Positions 7,492-18,253 are shown, counted from the stretch's first letter. The stretch: 39,742 nucleotides of DNA from a virus (IMGVR_UViG_3300012943_000001:1-39742), one strand, 5' to 3'. Numbers and translations are program-made. Notes: a model not told the origin generated them from the letters alone.

Positions 7492-8636
7492 TGAGCGATA
7501 ATCCATTTGATGATGAAGGTCCAGCATTCGGCCAAACACCTCCACCGCCCCCAGACACTTCTAGTAAAAAGAAGAGTACCAAGATTACTCTGACTGATGA
7601 ACAGAAAAAGTTTATAGACGGTAACTGGGATAAGATGGACCTTATGGAAGTGGTCCGCCATATCTTCAAGAACGACAATCTAGATGGTCGTTCGAAGGAA
7701 GGTTCAGCAGTACGCGACTATATGCGTGAGAAGAATTTCACGTATAAGACTTCTGGTTACGAGAAAAAGGCCGATATTGAGCTTACTGAAGAGCATAAAG
7801 AGTTTGCCATTAAGTACGCCAAGGATATGAAGCCTTACGAGATTGCACGCGTGCTATTCAAAGACGATACGCTGCACCAATTCTCCAAGGAAGCCTTTGC
7901 GGTCCAGTTCTACATTAAGCAGACGAACCCTGCATTGCTACGTAAGGACGATGAAGCTACTGACGAGGATTACTCGCCGCCAAAAACATTCAAGGCTTGT
8001 TGGAGACGTATTTGTGAGGTGACTGCCCAGTTCATAGAGGAAGATAAGCTTAACGTCAAGACGCGTAAGTGTGTAGAGAAGGCGTTAGAATTTTTGCAGA
8101 CGCCACGCTTTGTATTGACCGCGACAAACCTACGCAACGTCTCGGAAAGAAGCATTTTTGAGTCCGAGTATTTGCGTTCCGTTTGGGACAAACCTGACCT
8201 TACGGCAGACGAAATCAATCTATACATCTCACTTACCAACGAGTACGTCATCCAAGACAGAGTAAATAGAATTGTCGGCAAACTCAACTTTATTCTTGAG
8301 AATGTCACTTCCGACCCTGACGGCAAGGTCTCAATTTCTCTATCTGAAGCCATTAAAGGCAAGAGCGAAGAACTACATAGGTCTCTAAGCCGCCAGCAAG
8401 ATTTCGTCAAAGACTTATCTGGTAAACGCTCTACGCGTATTGCCGCACAGACTGCTCGTGCTAAATCTCTAGTATCATTGGTCGAAGCTTTCCGTGACGA
8501 GACGGAGCGTAAGAACGCTATACGTCTTGCAGAACTTCGTAAGAAAGCCGTCGTAGACGAGATGACTCGCCTAGAAAACATGGACGATTGGGAATGCCGC
8601 GTCTTCGGTATCAGCAAAGAAGAAATCGAGGAATAA
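7491..8636 (+). CDS. conserved hypothetical protein, possible terminase small subunit
   Basis: 381 aa, two HTH-like units and a C-terminal coiled coil; position upstream of terL; function inferred from context only. Confidence 0.4.
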   Translation: MSDNPFDDEGPAFGQTPPPPPDTSSKKKSTKITLTDEQKKFIDGNWDKMDLMEVVRHIFKNDNLDGRSKEGSAVRDYMREKNFTYKTSGYEKKADIELTEEHKEFAIKYAKDMKPYEIARVLFKDDTLHQFSKEAFAVQFYIKQTNPALLRKDDEATDEDYSPPKTFKACWRRICEVTAQFIEEDKLNVKTRKCVEKALEFLQTPRFVLTATNLRNVSERSIFESEYLRSVWDKPDLTADEINLYISLTNEYVIQDRVNRIVGKLNFILENVTSDPDGKVSISLSEAIKGKSEELHRSLSRQQDFVKDLSGKRSTRIAAQTARAKSLVSLVEAFRDETERKNAIRLAELRKKAVVDEMTRLENMDDWECRVFGISKEEIEE

Positions 8637-8638
8637 CG

Positions 8639-9058
8639 ATGAATAACAAAGAAGCATTTGAGGCGAGAGCTAAGGCACAGGACGAAGTTCTAGCGTACTG
8701 GAACGAACCAAAAAAGGAACAACAAAATATGATAAAGGCACTGGAAGATAATAGTGCGGTTTTTGCCGCGTCAATACATAGAATTTCGTCAGCTACAGGC
8801 CACACTTACAAAGAGGTGTCCGACGTAGCCAGCCTGTTCGCAAAACAAGGAATGAGTTTCCACAAGGTCTTGGAGCTTACTGAGTCCACATTACATTGTA
8901 TAGCGGCAACCCCAACCCTTGCAAACATGGACCAAATCAAGAAAGACGTTGAGGCGTTCAACGCATTAAAGGAGCGGGCTAACGGAAATGTTTCCAAACC
9001 TGTCTTTAGAATGGGTCTTTCCTTCGGTCAATTACACAAACTACTCACCTGTAAGTAA
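8639..9058 (+). CDS. small protein carrying a tape-measure (TP901-core)-like segment
   Basis: ATG 8639, 2 nt after the previous stop; 44-aa ungapped match (11 identities) to the TMP at 31554-31685. Confidence 0.6.
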   Translation: MNNKEAFEARAKAQDEVLAYWNEPKKEQQNMIKALEDNSAVFAASIHRISSATGHTYKEVSDVASLFAKQGMSFHKVLELTESTLHCIAATPTLANMDQIKKDVEAFNALKERANGNVSKPVFRMGLSFGQLHKLLTCK

Positions 9059-9097
9059 CATTCGCTATTCGCGAACAGCGTATCTCGCTTGTCACCA

Positions 9098-10015
9098 ATG
9101 AATACTACGTGCAAAATTTGTGGAAAGGAGTTCTCTGAAAGGGGGCTGCACGGCCATATCATCAAAACGCATGAAAGGTCCGTGGAGTCTTACTATGAAG
9201 AGTTCTTTCCTCTTGCCGACAAGCTGACCGGCGAAAAAATACCATACACGGATTATTACTCTTATTTTGACAGTGATTTTGTGTCTAGGGAAAATATGAT
9301 TGGCTGGTTGAAGTCCGCCGAAGTTGAAGAGGTCAAGAAGCTTCTTCTAAAGTATCTCAAGGCACGCATCACTGAAAAAGACCTTAAGTTTGCACCTTCT
9401 TTTGTAGAGTTAGATACGTTACCTAACATGCCTCCGTACAGGGCATACGCACATTTTTTTGGGAGCTATTCGAACGCATGTAAAGAGTTGGGGGTAGAAC
9501 CTCTCTTGTACGACCGAAAAAGTGTGGACGAAATCAAACCAGCAAAAGTCCAAATACTGATAGATACCAGAGAGCAACAACCATTGGAGTTTCCGAACTC
9601 CAAGGAGCATAAGCTTGCTATTGGCGACTACACACTAGGCGGCAACAGCTATAACTATACATACGTTGATAGAAAAGCTGAAGGCGATTTCAAATCCACG
9701 GTCACCATGAATCAAGAACGCTTCGTGCGAGAAATTCAGAAGGCCGTAGACTTAGACAGTTATCTGTACGTAGTTGTAGAAAGTTCTACAGTTCTAATTG
9801 AAGAGAACAACGCATTGGGAGCACACAAGTCTAATATGAAGTATGTCTGGGCTAGTATGCGTCGCATTCAGCACATGTTCCCTCGTAAGATTCAATTTGT
9901 ATTTTCAGGTAGTAGAGAGAACAGCCAGCGTATCATACCATATCTATTAAGGTACGGAGAGAAACTATGGGATACTGACGTTCAGTACCTACTAAACATA
10001 AAGGGAATTGTCTAA
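9098..10015 (+). CDS. ERCC4 (XPF/Mus81)-type nuclease with N-terminal C2H2 finger
   Basis: CKICG..HIIKTH; FGSYSNACKELG (homing-endonuclease-associated repeat-like); IDTREQQP, GDY, DRKxxxD, RFVRE, VVVE. Confidence 0.75.
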   Translation: MNTTCKICGKEFSERGLHGHIIKTHERSVESYYEEFFPLADKLTGEKIPYTDYYSYFDSDFVSRENMIGWLKSAEVEEVKKLLLKYLKARITEKDLKFAPSFVELDTLPNMPPYRAYAHFFGSYSNACKELGVEPLLYDRKSVDEIKPAKVQILIDTREQQPLEFPNSKEHKLAIGDYTLGGNSYNYTYVDRKAEGDFKSTVTMNQERFVREIQKAVDLDSYLYVVVESSTVLIEENNALGAHKSNMKYVWASMRRIQHMFPRKIQFVFSGSRENSQRIIPYLLRYGEKLWDTDVQYLLNIKGIV

Positions 10016-11967
10016 TGGCATGGATTACGGGAGAGCAACCAGTTAGTCGAAACAAGGTTCAAAAAGTTCATGAAGAGCTTGCAAAGATTCAAGGATATCT
10101 TGATGAAAAGCAGGCGAGCACTGAGCTTGTCCGCTTCCTTCGTTCTAACATAGGTTTCACGGCCAAATTGATTGCGGGCGTGGACTTGTTCCCGTTTCAA
10201 GAGATTGCTATTAAGACGATGTTCAAGCGTGACTACGTGCTTGGCATCTGGTCCCGTGGTCTTTCCAAGTCTTACTCCACAGCTATCTTTGCGTTCCTAT
10301 ACGCAATATTCCAGCCTGAAGCTAAACTCGCAATTCTATCTAGGTCTTTCCGTCAGTCCCGAGAAATTTTCAAGCGTATTGAGGAAATAGCTAGCAAGCC
10401 GGAGGGTCAGCTTCTTGCTGAATGCTTTAACGGTACGGTCAAGCATATGAATGACGAATGGAGCATGAGAATTGGCTCCTCCGAAATCAAGGCTTTGCCT
10501 TTGGGTGACGGTGAAAAACTTCGTGGTTTCCGTTTCAACTGTCTGATTGTTGATGAGCTTCTTCTTATGCCCGAGAAGGTGTTGAACGAAGTCATCCTTC
10601 CTTTCTTATCCGTTAACGCGAACCCAAAGAAGAGACAGGATACTTACGATACCGAAACTGAATTCATCAAGCAAGGTTTGATGACTGAAGAGGAGAGGAC
10701 TAAGTTCCCGAACCCTAAGATGATTGGTCTATCGTCCGCATCTTACAAGTTTGAGCACTTGTACAAAATCTACGAAGAGTATGTGAGTAAAATTACGACT
10801 GGCGTAGAGAAGGATAAGGATGGAAACATCGTACCTATTAAAGGTAGCTACGCGGTCCTACAATTCGCATACTCTGTTGCCCCTACACAACTTTATTCTG
10901 AATCACTTATTAGCAAGGCGAAGTCCGAAATGAGTCCCGCTCAGTTCAAGCGTGAATTCGGAGCCGAGTTCACAGACGACTCCAAAGGCTTCTTCAGTGC
11001 GAAGGCGATGGAAGATTGTACGGTTAAGTTTAACGAGTCTCCTCTTGCGGAAATTAAAGGTAATCCAAATCACAAGTATGTTTTGGCGGTAGACCCTTCT
11101 TGGGCCGAAAACGAAGGCTCCGACTTCTTCGCTATGCTTATGTTCAAGCTTATGCCAGACGGCAAGTACATGCAGGTGCATTCTTACGCTGTCGCTGGTG
11201 GCAAGTTAAAAGACCATATCAACTACTTCCACTATCTCCTTACTCACTTCAACGTCCAATTCATTATGATGGACAATGCTGGCGGTGTCCAATTCCTCAA
11301 TTCGGTAAACGAAAGTAAGAAGTTCAAAGACGCGAAAATTCATCTTGGGGAAATCAAAGAAATCGACTTCGAAGACGTGAACGACTATCAGGGTCAATTA
11401 AGAAAGGCCCGCATGGCTTACAATATTGAGACGAGAAATATCGTCTACATGCAAACCTTTAATAGTAGCTGGATTCTTCGTGCGAACCATCTTCTTCAGG
11501 CCAATATCAACAATCGTAAAATTATCTTCGCTGGCGACCCACAAGGTATTGAAGAAGAATATAACAGAATGCGTGGAACCGTCATTCCAATCCATGAACT
11601 TAAAATTGTCGGTCAAATCGACGCGGACCCGGTTGAGGGAGACTACAATGTGGACTTGGGTCTTGATTCTGGTCTAAGCGATAACAAACAATATGATGCA
11701 AAAATGATTGATATCATTGAGCGTCAAGAGTTTCTGATTCGATTAACAAAGACTCAGTGTGCTCTTATTGAGCCAAGGTCTACGGACGGCGGTCATATGT
11801 CATTCTCACTTCCTAACAATTTGAAGAATCAGAAGGGTGCCAATAAGGCCAGAAAAGACTTATACACAGCACTTTTGATTGGAAGTTGGGCAGTCCGCTG
11901 CTATAATGACATACTTACCCTACCCGAAGAAAAACCAAATGACTTTATGCCGTTTCGCATCAGATAA
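10015..11967 (+). CDS. terL: terminase large subunit
   Basis: Q motif FPFQ, Walker A SRGLSKS, LRGFR, Walker B LIVDE, FKREFGAEF, nuclease LAVDP and KDLYTA. Confidence 0.92.
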   Translation: MAWITGEQPVSRNKVQKVHEELAKIQGYLDEKQASTELVRFLRSNIGFTAKLIAGVDLFPFQEIAIKTMFKRDYVLGIWSRGLSKSYSTAIFAFLYAIFQPEAKLAILSRSFRQSREIFKRIEEIASKPEGQLLAECFNGTVKHMNDEWSMRIGSSEIKALPLGDGEKLRGFRFNCLIVDELLLMPEKVLNEVILPFLSVNANPKKRQDTYDTETEFIKQGLMTEEERTKFPNPKMIGLSSASYKFEHLYKIYEEYVSKITTGVEKDKDGNIVPIKGSYAVLQFAYSVAPTQLYSESLISKAKSEMSPAQFKREFGAEFTDDSKGFFSAKAMEDCTVKFNESPLAEIKGNPNHKYVLAVDPSWAENEGSDFFAMLMFKLMPDGKYMQVHSYAVAGGKLKDHINYFHYLLTHFNVQFIMMDNAGGVQFLNSVNESKKFKDAKIHLGEIKEIDFEDVNDYQGQLRKARMAYNIETRNIVYMQTFNSSWILRANHLLQANINNRKIIFAGDPQGIEEEYNRMRGTVIPIHELKIVGQIDADPVEGDYNVDLGLDSGLSDNKQYDAKMIDIIERQEFLIRLTKTQCALIEPRSTDGGHMSFSLPNNLKNQKGANKARKDLYTALLIGSWAVRCYNDILTLPEEKPNDFMPFRIR

Positions 11968-11973
11968 GTGTAA
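11967..11973 (+). promoter_or_regulatory. putative late promoter AGTGTAA
   Basis: Recurrent motif, upstream of portal. Confidence 0.65.
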
Positions 11974-12005
11974 AGTCATAAGTTAACAATTTCTAACTTT
12001 CACTA

Positions 12006-14099
12006 ATGGCAGACAAACAAAAACGCTCATACACCTTCAGAAACCAAGCTTATTGGGACAGTTTGAAGGCCCCAAAATCACAGCCGCAGCCTAATCTTAT
12101 CAAGACTGAGGTTCGTGATGCGAATTGGGCTCCGTTAGGTACTGCCTCTGTATCTACCGCGTCCACCTACACACCCGGGGCTAAAGGTCGTGGAGCAACA
12201 ACAACTCGTAAGAACTATGTTTCTACGAATGAGCTTGAAGACAGGTATGCGTGCCTAAACGCAATGTCTCTTCCGTATTTTGAAGAGGGTGGGAGAATCA
12301 GCATTAGTGATACGATTTACTTGTGCCAAAAAGTTTACGCCAATATTGGTATCTTCCGCAATACGGTCGATATCATGACCGAGTTCGGTGCTTCTCCAAT
12401 TTACTTGGAAGGCGGCAACGAGGCGAGCAAGACGTTTGTTGAAAATTGGCTCAAGAAGATTAACGAGCCGAAGCTTACAGAAGAAATCACCAGAGAGTGG
12501 TATCTCACAGGTAATGTATTCGTATTTCGCTTTGACGGTATTTGGAGCGACGAAGATTTCAAAGAATTGAAGAAGGTATATGCAGCAAAGTCTAATAAGC
12601 TTCCTGCCCGCTATACAGTCTTGAATTCTGCTCACATCGTAGTTTTCCCAGCGGCATCTTTCGACCACAACCCTTATAGGAAAGTTCTTAGCCCTTACGA
12701 AATTGAGAAGCTTAGAATCAGAGAGACGGACGAAGACAAAGCGATTTGGAAAGCTCTTCCTGAAGACGTTAAGAAGCAAATTGAGAATAAACAGTACGGC
12801 TCTGATGGTATTTGGATGCCAATCCCATCTGACAAACTTACAGCCCTATTCTACAAGAAGCAACCTTACCAAGCGTTCGCTACTCCATTCGGCTACCCTG
12901 TATTCAAAGACTTGAATCACAAGGAAGAACTCAAGAAGATTGACCAAGCCATTTCTCGTACAATTGAGAACGTGACTCTTCTTATCACGATGGGTGAAAA
13001 GAAAGACCCGTTGACGGGTTATGGCGGCATGAACCCAACGGCGATGGAAAAGATGCAGGAGCTTGTGGCTAATCAAAGCGTTAGCCGTGTCATCGTATCT
13101 GACTACACAACAGAGATGGAATTTGTCATCCCTCAGATTGGCGACATTCTAAATCCACAGAAGTACGAAATCGTCAATCAGGATATTAAGGAAGGTTTGT
13201 TGAACGTTCTTTCTGGTGACGACAAGTTCGCCAATGCAGTGATGAAAACCAAGATTTTCTTGGAAAGACTTAAGGAAGGTCAGAAGACTTACCTTAATCA
13301 ATTCTTGCAGCCTGAAATCAACAAGGTCTGTAAAATCATGGGCTTTAAGAAAGTCCCTACGGCGAAGTTCCAAGAGATTGACCTTAGAGACGAAGTACAA
13401 TTCGCGAAGTTATTTACCCGTCTTATGGAAATCGGTATCCTTACTCCAAAGCAAGGTAAGAGAGCATTGGAGACGGGCATCCTTCCTGAAGAGTCAGAGA
13501 TGGACGCAGCTCAAGCAGAGTACGTAGAGCAGCGTAAGAAGGGCATGTGGAACCCTCTTCTTGGTGGCGTACCTATGGCTATTTCTCCTGATGCGGAAGC
13601 TAACAGAAAACTTAACAAAGAGCTTGGGGACCAGAAGATGGCTCAACAGGCCGCTAAGACAGGTGGAGCCTCCAATCCAAACGCAACTAATAATGGTCGT
13701 CCAGCAGGTACAACCGCTCCTCAATCTACAAAAGAGACCGCTCCAGTAGGAACATCTACGGCCAAACTATTTACGGTGGGCGGACTTAGAAATACGATGC
13801 AGTGCGTATCTGACTTGATGAATTCGGCAGAAGCAGAAGTCAAGTCTAAGTATAACATCGCAAGTCTTAACGAGGCTCAAAAAGATATGGTCTTCAAGCT
13901 TAGTCGTGCAGTTATCAGCACGACAAAGAAAGAAGATTGGCCTTCACAGCTTGCCGCTGTTCTAAAGGAACCGGAAAAACACCTAGCTTCATTCACGAGA
14001 AACGAAATTTCTCAGGCTGTGGAAGAACTTGCGGCAGAGCATCAAGTTGATACGTTCTCCGCTTCACTTCTTTATCACAGCAAATGTCCAAAACAGTAA
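12006..14099 (+). CDS. portal protein
   Basis: 697 aa directly after terL; portal-like segments (YANIGIFRNTVDIMTEF, WYLTGNVF, GILTP); low-complexity linker and C-terminal extension. Confidence 0.75.
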   Translation: MADKQKRSYTFRNQAYWDSLKAPKSQPQPNLIKTEVRDANWAPLGTASVSTASTYTPGAKGRGATTTRKNYVSTNELEDRYACLNAMSLPYFEEGGRISISDTIYLCQKVYANIGIFRNTVDIMTEFGASPIYLEGGNEASKTFVENWLKKINEPKLTEEITREWYLTGNVFVFRFDGIWSDEDFKELKKVYAAKSNKLPARYTVLNSAHIVVFPAASFDHNPYRKVLSPYEIEKLRIRETDEDKAIWKALPEDVKKQIENKQYGSDGIWMPIPSDKLTALFYKKQPYQAFATPFGYPVFKDLNHKEELKKIDQAISRTIENVTLLITMGEKKDPLTGYGGMNPTAMEKMQELVANQSVSRVIVSDYTTEMEFVIPQIGDILNPQKYEIVNQDIKEGLLNVLSGDDKFANAVMKTKIFLERLKEGQKTYLNQFLQPEINKVCKIMGFKKVPTAKFQEIDLRDEVQFAKLFTRLMEIGILTPKQGKRALETGILPEESEMDAAQAEYVEQRKKGMWNPLLGGVPMAISPDAEANRKLNKELGDQKMAQQAAKTGGASNPNATNNGRPAGTTAPQSTKETAPVGTSTAKLFTVGGLRNTMQCVSDLMNSAEAEVKSKYNIASLNEAQKDMVFKLSRAVISTTKKEDWPSQLAAVLKEPEKHLASFTRNEISQAVEELAAEHQVDTFSASLLYHSKCPKQ

Positions 14100-16522
14100 G
14101 ATATGATACGCTGGCCGTCTTTGTAGGCCCTACAAAGGTTCAAGGCAGCTACACTAGTGGTGAAATCACTCAGCTCCATAGAATTCAGAGTTCTGAATAT
14201 GGAATTGAAATTCAACGCGAAAATGTACAGGGGCTTGGTACGGCCAATGTTTTAGACGGAGTTTTGCAGAGTCCTTTCGTGAATTTGAACTTCGAGTATC
14301 TTGTCACGGACGGTGCGAACGAAAAAGCTTTGGGGCTGGTTGTTGACGGCTCTCACGGAGCGTTAATCAATGTTGAAAGTGGTCAGAATGACTATTTCAT
14401 GCTTATCGACAAGACGCCAAAAATGGTTCTTGCGGTTGGTAACGGCATGTTAGAGAGATATGCGGTTAATGGAAGGGTCGGTGGCTTTTTACAGGCTACC
14501 GCAGGCGTACGAGCTTTCAATATCAAGTTAGACGAAGGTACTTCAGGCAACCCTACGCCAAGAGTTGATTTGTATGGTAATACGAACGGCTCAACAAGCT
14601 ATCATCTTCCTGATGTAACGGATGGAATCTCTAACAGGGAAGACGGTTACATAGAAAGCAATATCTACATCGGTCCTAAAGACATACAAGTCGCCTTCAC
14701 AAATGGTTCTGCTTTTGGCATGATTCTTAGTGGCCAAGGAGCGTCTTACCTTCAAAGTTTCGATTTAGCTATTAATCTAGAGAGAAGCGAAGTCGCAAGA
14801 CTTGGGGAAAAATATCCGTTCTCAAGATGCCTTAAGCTTCCTGTAGACATCTCTCTTAGGACTGAATTTGTGTTAAGTAATTTTACAGCGGACCAAATTC
14901 AAAACTATCTCTGCCAAAATACTTACGATATTGACATTGATATCAAAGACAGCAAATGCACCCAAATTGGTGAAGACTGGGATACCGTAAACAACATCTC
15001 TAAACTCAAATATACATTTCGTGGTTTGAAGTTTAAGGGAATGTCTACTTCTGACTCTATCAATAATAGAAAAACCGTAGATATTGAGTGGGGAGTTCAG
15101 GTAGGTAATCTACTCGACCTTCAGAAAAATCTTTTCATTAGTGGAAATTTTGGTCGATACGTTTTTCCTCCAGAAGCGTGGAGATACGTATCTGGCGAAC
15201 AAGGTATTACTGGCTACGGAGTTCGTCCATTGGTTAAAGAGATTACTTACAAACGTGTAAAGGCGGACGCAGCTTTCCCAGACTTCTATTTAGATTTCTC
15301 TGGAGAATTCGATATCAGAGCCTCAGATATAGACTACGCTTCTCTACAATACAGAGGTACGACAGGCATCTGGGATATTTCTGGTGATTTTGGAGAAGGT
15401 TTGACGAAGGAAAGTTTCGTATGGAACTCAGACTCTTTTTCTACTAGCTACGAAGGGCTTCCACGCTCTGGATTTGCTGAAAAGTTTTCTAATCTAAAAG
15501 CGGCATACTATATTGGCTTCCCTGAGCATCAAGACGCTCATTCTGGAATAAACTACTTCTTCACAAAAGGAGTTGGTTTGAACTACGAGCCAATGACGTA
15601 CACAATCTCTAACATTCCTTCTTACGCTCGTGCGTTTGTGACTTCTGGAAAAGCGTACATGGACGCATACGAACCATACTACTTCAATATTCTGAATATT
15701 GCCGTCACGGACCCACTCTTCCCTACGGGACAATCTTTCACGTTTGACGTTATTGCGGCCACCCCAAAAATTAAAAGAGTCTACACTATTTCTGCGACGA
15801 CTCCTTATAGTCACCATATCAATTTACCAAGGGCTTACTCAGGAGGTTCGAATATCTGGATTGAGGGTTACGACCCAATCAATTTCTCTACTTCAGGCTC
15901 TACGATTACTTCTTTGGTAGAAAACTCTTTTAAGCGTAGAGGTTACAATGCTATAGGTGCCCCTCAGTACAACTTCCAAGGTCTAAACGGAAGCTCATTT
16001 TTGGAGTTCGGTACATCAGATTATGTTCAGTACACTGGCCTTACTAGAGAAGACCATACCCGCTTTACCTACTTTGTACTCACAAGTGGAACCGCTTCGT
16101 CTGACGCCAACGCATCTATTCTACATTTTCACAACAACCGTGTAACCAACACGGGCTTGGGAACTACAGGATTTTCTGGTCATTTTGGCATTTATAGAGA
16201 TGGAAGTTCTGAAAACATGGCGATGTATTCTTCTAGCCTTACGTCAGGTAACAAGTTCGTCATTCCGTCTGGATTTCAGTATGATACATGGACAATCAAT
16301 ACTTTTTATTTCGACGGCTCAGTAATTAGAGGTAGAAGAAATGGAACCCAAGTTCCTATCAGCGGAACATCTTCTCAAGCTGGAAATAATTTCTACACTC
16401 ATTTGACCGTGGGCTCAGGATTTAATGGAGGCATCGCAGAAATCATTGGCTTTCCTTATCAAATGACGAGCGAAGATATGAGTAATATCGAAGATTACCT
16501 TAGATTTAAGTGGGGTGTTTAA
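14084..16522 (+). CDS. tail-tube-like domain fused to a beta-rich / LamG-like C-terminal region
   Basis: N-terminal ~355 aa is colinear with 27885 (QLHRIQS/QLHRVQS, YLVTDGANEKALGL/YYLTNGVNEKRLGL, LFISG); C-terminus GGIAEII...IEDYLRFKWG is typical of concanavalin-A/LamG-like phage domains. Confidence 0.7.
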   Translation: MSKTVRYDTLAVFVGPTKVQGSYTSGEITQLHRIQSSEYGIEIQRENVQGLGTANVLDGVLQSPFVNLNFEYLVTDGANEKALGLVVDGSHGALINVESGQNDYFMLIDKTPKMVLAVGNGMLERYAVNGRVGGFLQATAGVRAFNIKLDEGTSGNPTPRVDLYGNTNGSTSYHLPDVTDGISNREDGYIESNIYIGPKDIQVAFTNGSAFGMILSGQGASYLQSFDLAINLERSEVARLGEKYPFSRCLKLPVDISLRTEFVLSNFTADQIQNYLCQNTYDIDIDIKDSKCTQIGEDWDTVNNISKLKYTFRGLKFKGMSTSDSINNRKTVDIEWGVQVGNLLDLQKNLFISGNFGRYVFPPEAWRYVSGEQGITGYGVRPLVKEITYKRVKADAAFPDFYLDFSGEFDIRASDIDYASLQYRGTTGIWDISGDFGEGLTKESFVWNSDSFSTSYEGLPRSGFAEKFSNLKAAYYIGFPEHQDAHSGINYFFTKGVGLNYEPMTYTISNIPSYARAFVTSGKAYMDAYEPYYFNILNIAVTDPLFPTGQSFTFDVIAATPKIKRVYTISATTPYSHHINLPRAYSGGSNIWIEGYDPINFSTSGSTITSLVENSFKRRGYNAIGAPQYNFQGLNGSSFLEFGTSDYVQYTGLTREDHTRFTYFVLTSGTASSDANASILHFHNNRVTNTGLGTTGFSGHFGIYRDGSSENMAMYSSSLTSGNKFVIPSGFQYDTWTINTFYFDGSVIRGRRNGTQVPISGTSSQAGNNFYTHLTVGSGFNGGIAEIIGFPYQMTSEDMSNIEDYLRFKWGV

Positions 16523-17499
16523 TGGATGATTTCGGCAAATATATCGACAAGCATCCTCTTAGGTACTACTCTCTAGGGCCGAGCGGAGTTGGGGTCAAGT
16601 CTCCTCAGCCTTTCACTACGGAGTGGGTGGGTTGGTTTGAGCCCGGCTCTGGCTTCAGATACCTAGAGACGACTAGATACAACTTGGCGACAGGTTACTT
16701 CAGTCCTTACGCGGGTCGCCAATCATCTCAGACATTCTCATTTACTTTCGATTCTGGAAATGCCATGTATTTCGCTCTTGGCGATGCGGGTCAAATCTTT
16801 ATAAGAAGCGTTTCAGGTGCGTCTACAGTAGACTACAACTTCTCGGGTTATAACCCAATGATGTTCAATAATAGCGTTCTTACTAGGGGAGCGAATCAGA
16901 CGAACTGCTTCTACACGAAAACGTATAACGAAATTTACTGCAAAACTCAAGCGGACAATTTTGCGACGGAAAGGCTTGTATTCTCTGGCACCTCAGACAT
17001 TAAGTGGTTTACCCAAGTCGCGAATACCAAACCGTATACATACAGATATCAAATTTTTGGAATGACTAATGGTGGAGATGGCAAGAGCTGGATGTCTAGC
17101 AAACATCCTAGCATTTCTACCGGAGAAAATGAAAACTTTGAGTCTTTGCCTACTGGTGCAACTTTCGCCATCCCGTCTCTGGCGGCAGAAGTCTATGCTC
17201 CAAGCGGCAGATTTTTCCTCGCGGGCATCGCTACAGAAGGATGGTTTGCAAACAACAACTTCGAAAACTATCAAATAAGCGGGAGACTAATAAACCCTTC
17301 TCCTTTACTTTCGGACGATTTCCAAAGATATGAAGTTGCAGAAATCGGAACTTTTGATACAATATCAGGTATGCGTGGAGGAAGAACACATAGTTACCTA
17401 CAATACCAAAACGACAACTTTGAAAGTTATGCGGTGGGTCCACTATTCCTTTATTTAGTGGGTGCGGACGTTTACAGAGGATACTTTATTTATGGCTAA
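16522..17499 (+). CDS. putative virion protein, module A
   Basis: TAATG-coupled start at 16522; aromatic/Gly/Ser-rich; paralog of 18253. Confidence 0.65.
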   Translation: MDDFGKYIDKHPLRYYSLGPSGVGVKSPQPFTTEWVGWFEPGSGFRYLETTRYNLATGYFSPYAGRQSSQTFSFTFDSGNAMYFALGDAGQIFIRSVSGASTVDYNFSGYNPMMFNNSVLTRGANQTNCFYTKTYNEIYCKTQADNFATERLVFSGTSDIKWFTQVANTKPYTYRYQIFGMTNGGDGKSWMSSKHPSISTGENENFESLPTGATFAIPSLAAEVYAPSGRFFLAGIATEGWFANNNFENYQISGRLINPSPLLSDDFQRYEVAEIGTFDTISGMRGGRTHSYLQYQNDNFESYAVGPLFLYLVGADVYRGYFIYG

Positions 17500-18253
17500 C
17501 ATCATCAACAGAACAAACGGCGACAAAACATTAGTGCTTGGACAAAGAGAGGGTCTTGTTTATCCATTACCTTTTGAAGACTGGAACTCTATTAAAATTG
17601 GGGCGTTTGTCTCTGTGTGCCCAACTACGGGGTTCGATAATAATTTTGGTGGAGACCAAGTGGCCGAGAGTCAACAGCTTAATATCAACGGAAGTTCTGA
17701 CAGATTTTGGTTTGGTTTGAAAGGTAATAATAATTCTTTACCCGGAGACAATGGAGAGCCTTTTGTTGGATTTACGGCTATTAGCGGGGCAGTATCAATG
17801 GATTTTGACGTTGGCAATATAAATAGTGCGATTATAGGAACGAACGGAACCAATAGAGATATAAGACTCTCCATCTTATTACCTAATGGCTATCATCCCG
17901 CCTCCTCATCACCAACGCTTCCTAATTTGTTTTTACAAAACCAAGCGTCTGTATCTGCCTCTACTAATTATTGCACGTTTTTTGGTATTCGAGCGACTTT
18001 TGTTGATAAAGGAACCGCAACACAAAAACTTACGATTTCTATGGCGGCAAATTCAAACGGAAGTTACAAAAGCGACACAAGTGACCAAGCTCTAAGAGAC
18101 CATATTTCAGACAATTACCTTCTAAATACAGTGACTCTGGACTATCAAGTTGGTGGCGTTCCACTTCCTCCTCCAATGGCTATTTTCGTTTATTGTCCCG
18201 CAACTATCTTTCAATTCAGAATCCATAACATTGGAGTCTTGAAGTCCGCTTAA
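17492..18253 (+). CDS. putative virion/receptor-binding protein, module B
   Basis: ATG 17492 (MANIINR); beta-rich; paralog of 19146. Confidence 0.65.
   Translation: MANIINRTNGDKTLVLGQREGLVYPLPFEDWNSIKIGAFVSVCPTTGFDNNFGGDQVAESQQLNINGSSDRFWFGLKGNNNSLPGDNGEPFVGFTAISGAVSMDFDVGNINSAIIGTNGTNRDIRLSILLPNGYHPASSSPTLPNLFLQNQASVSASTNYCTFFGIRATFVDKGTATQKLTISMAANSNGSYKSDTSDQALRDHISDNYLLNTVTLDYQVGGVPLPPPMAIFVYCPATIFQFRIHNIGVLKSA

Noticed and set aside
10015-11967. Intein or intron in terL
   Set aside because: Continuous 650-aa frame with no C...HN intein signature
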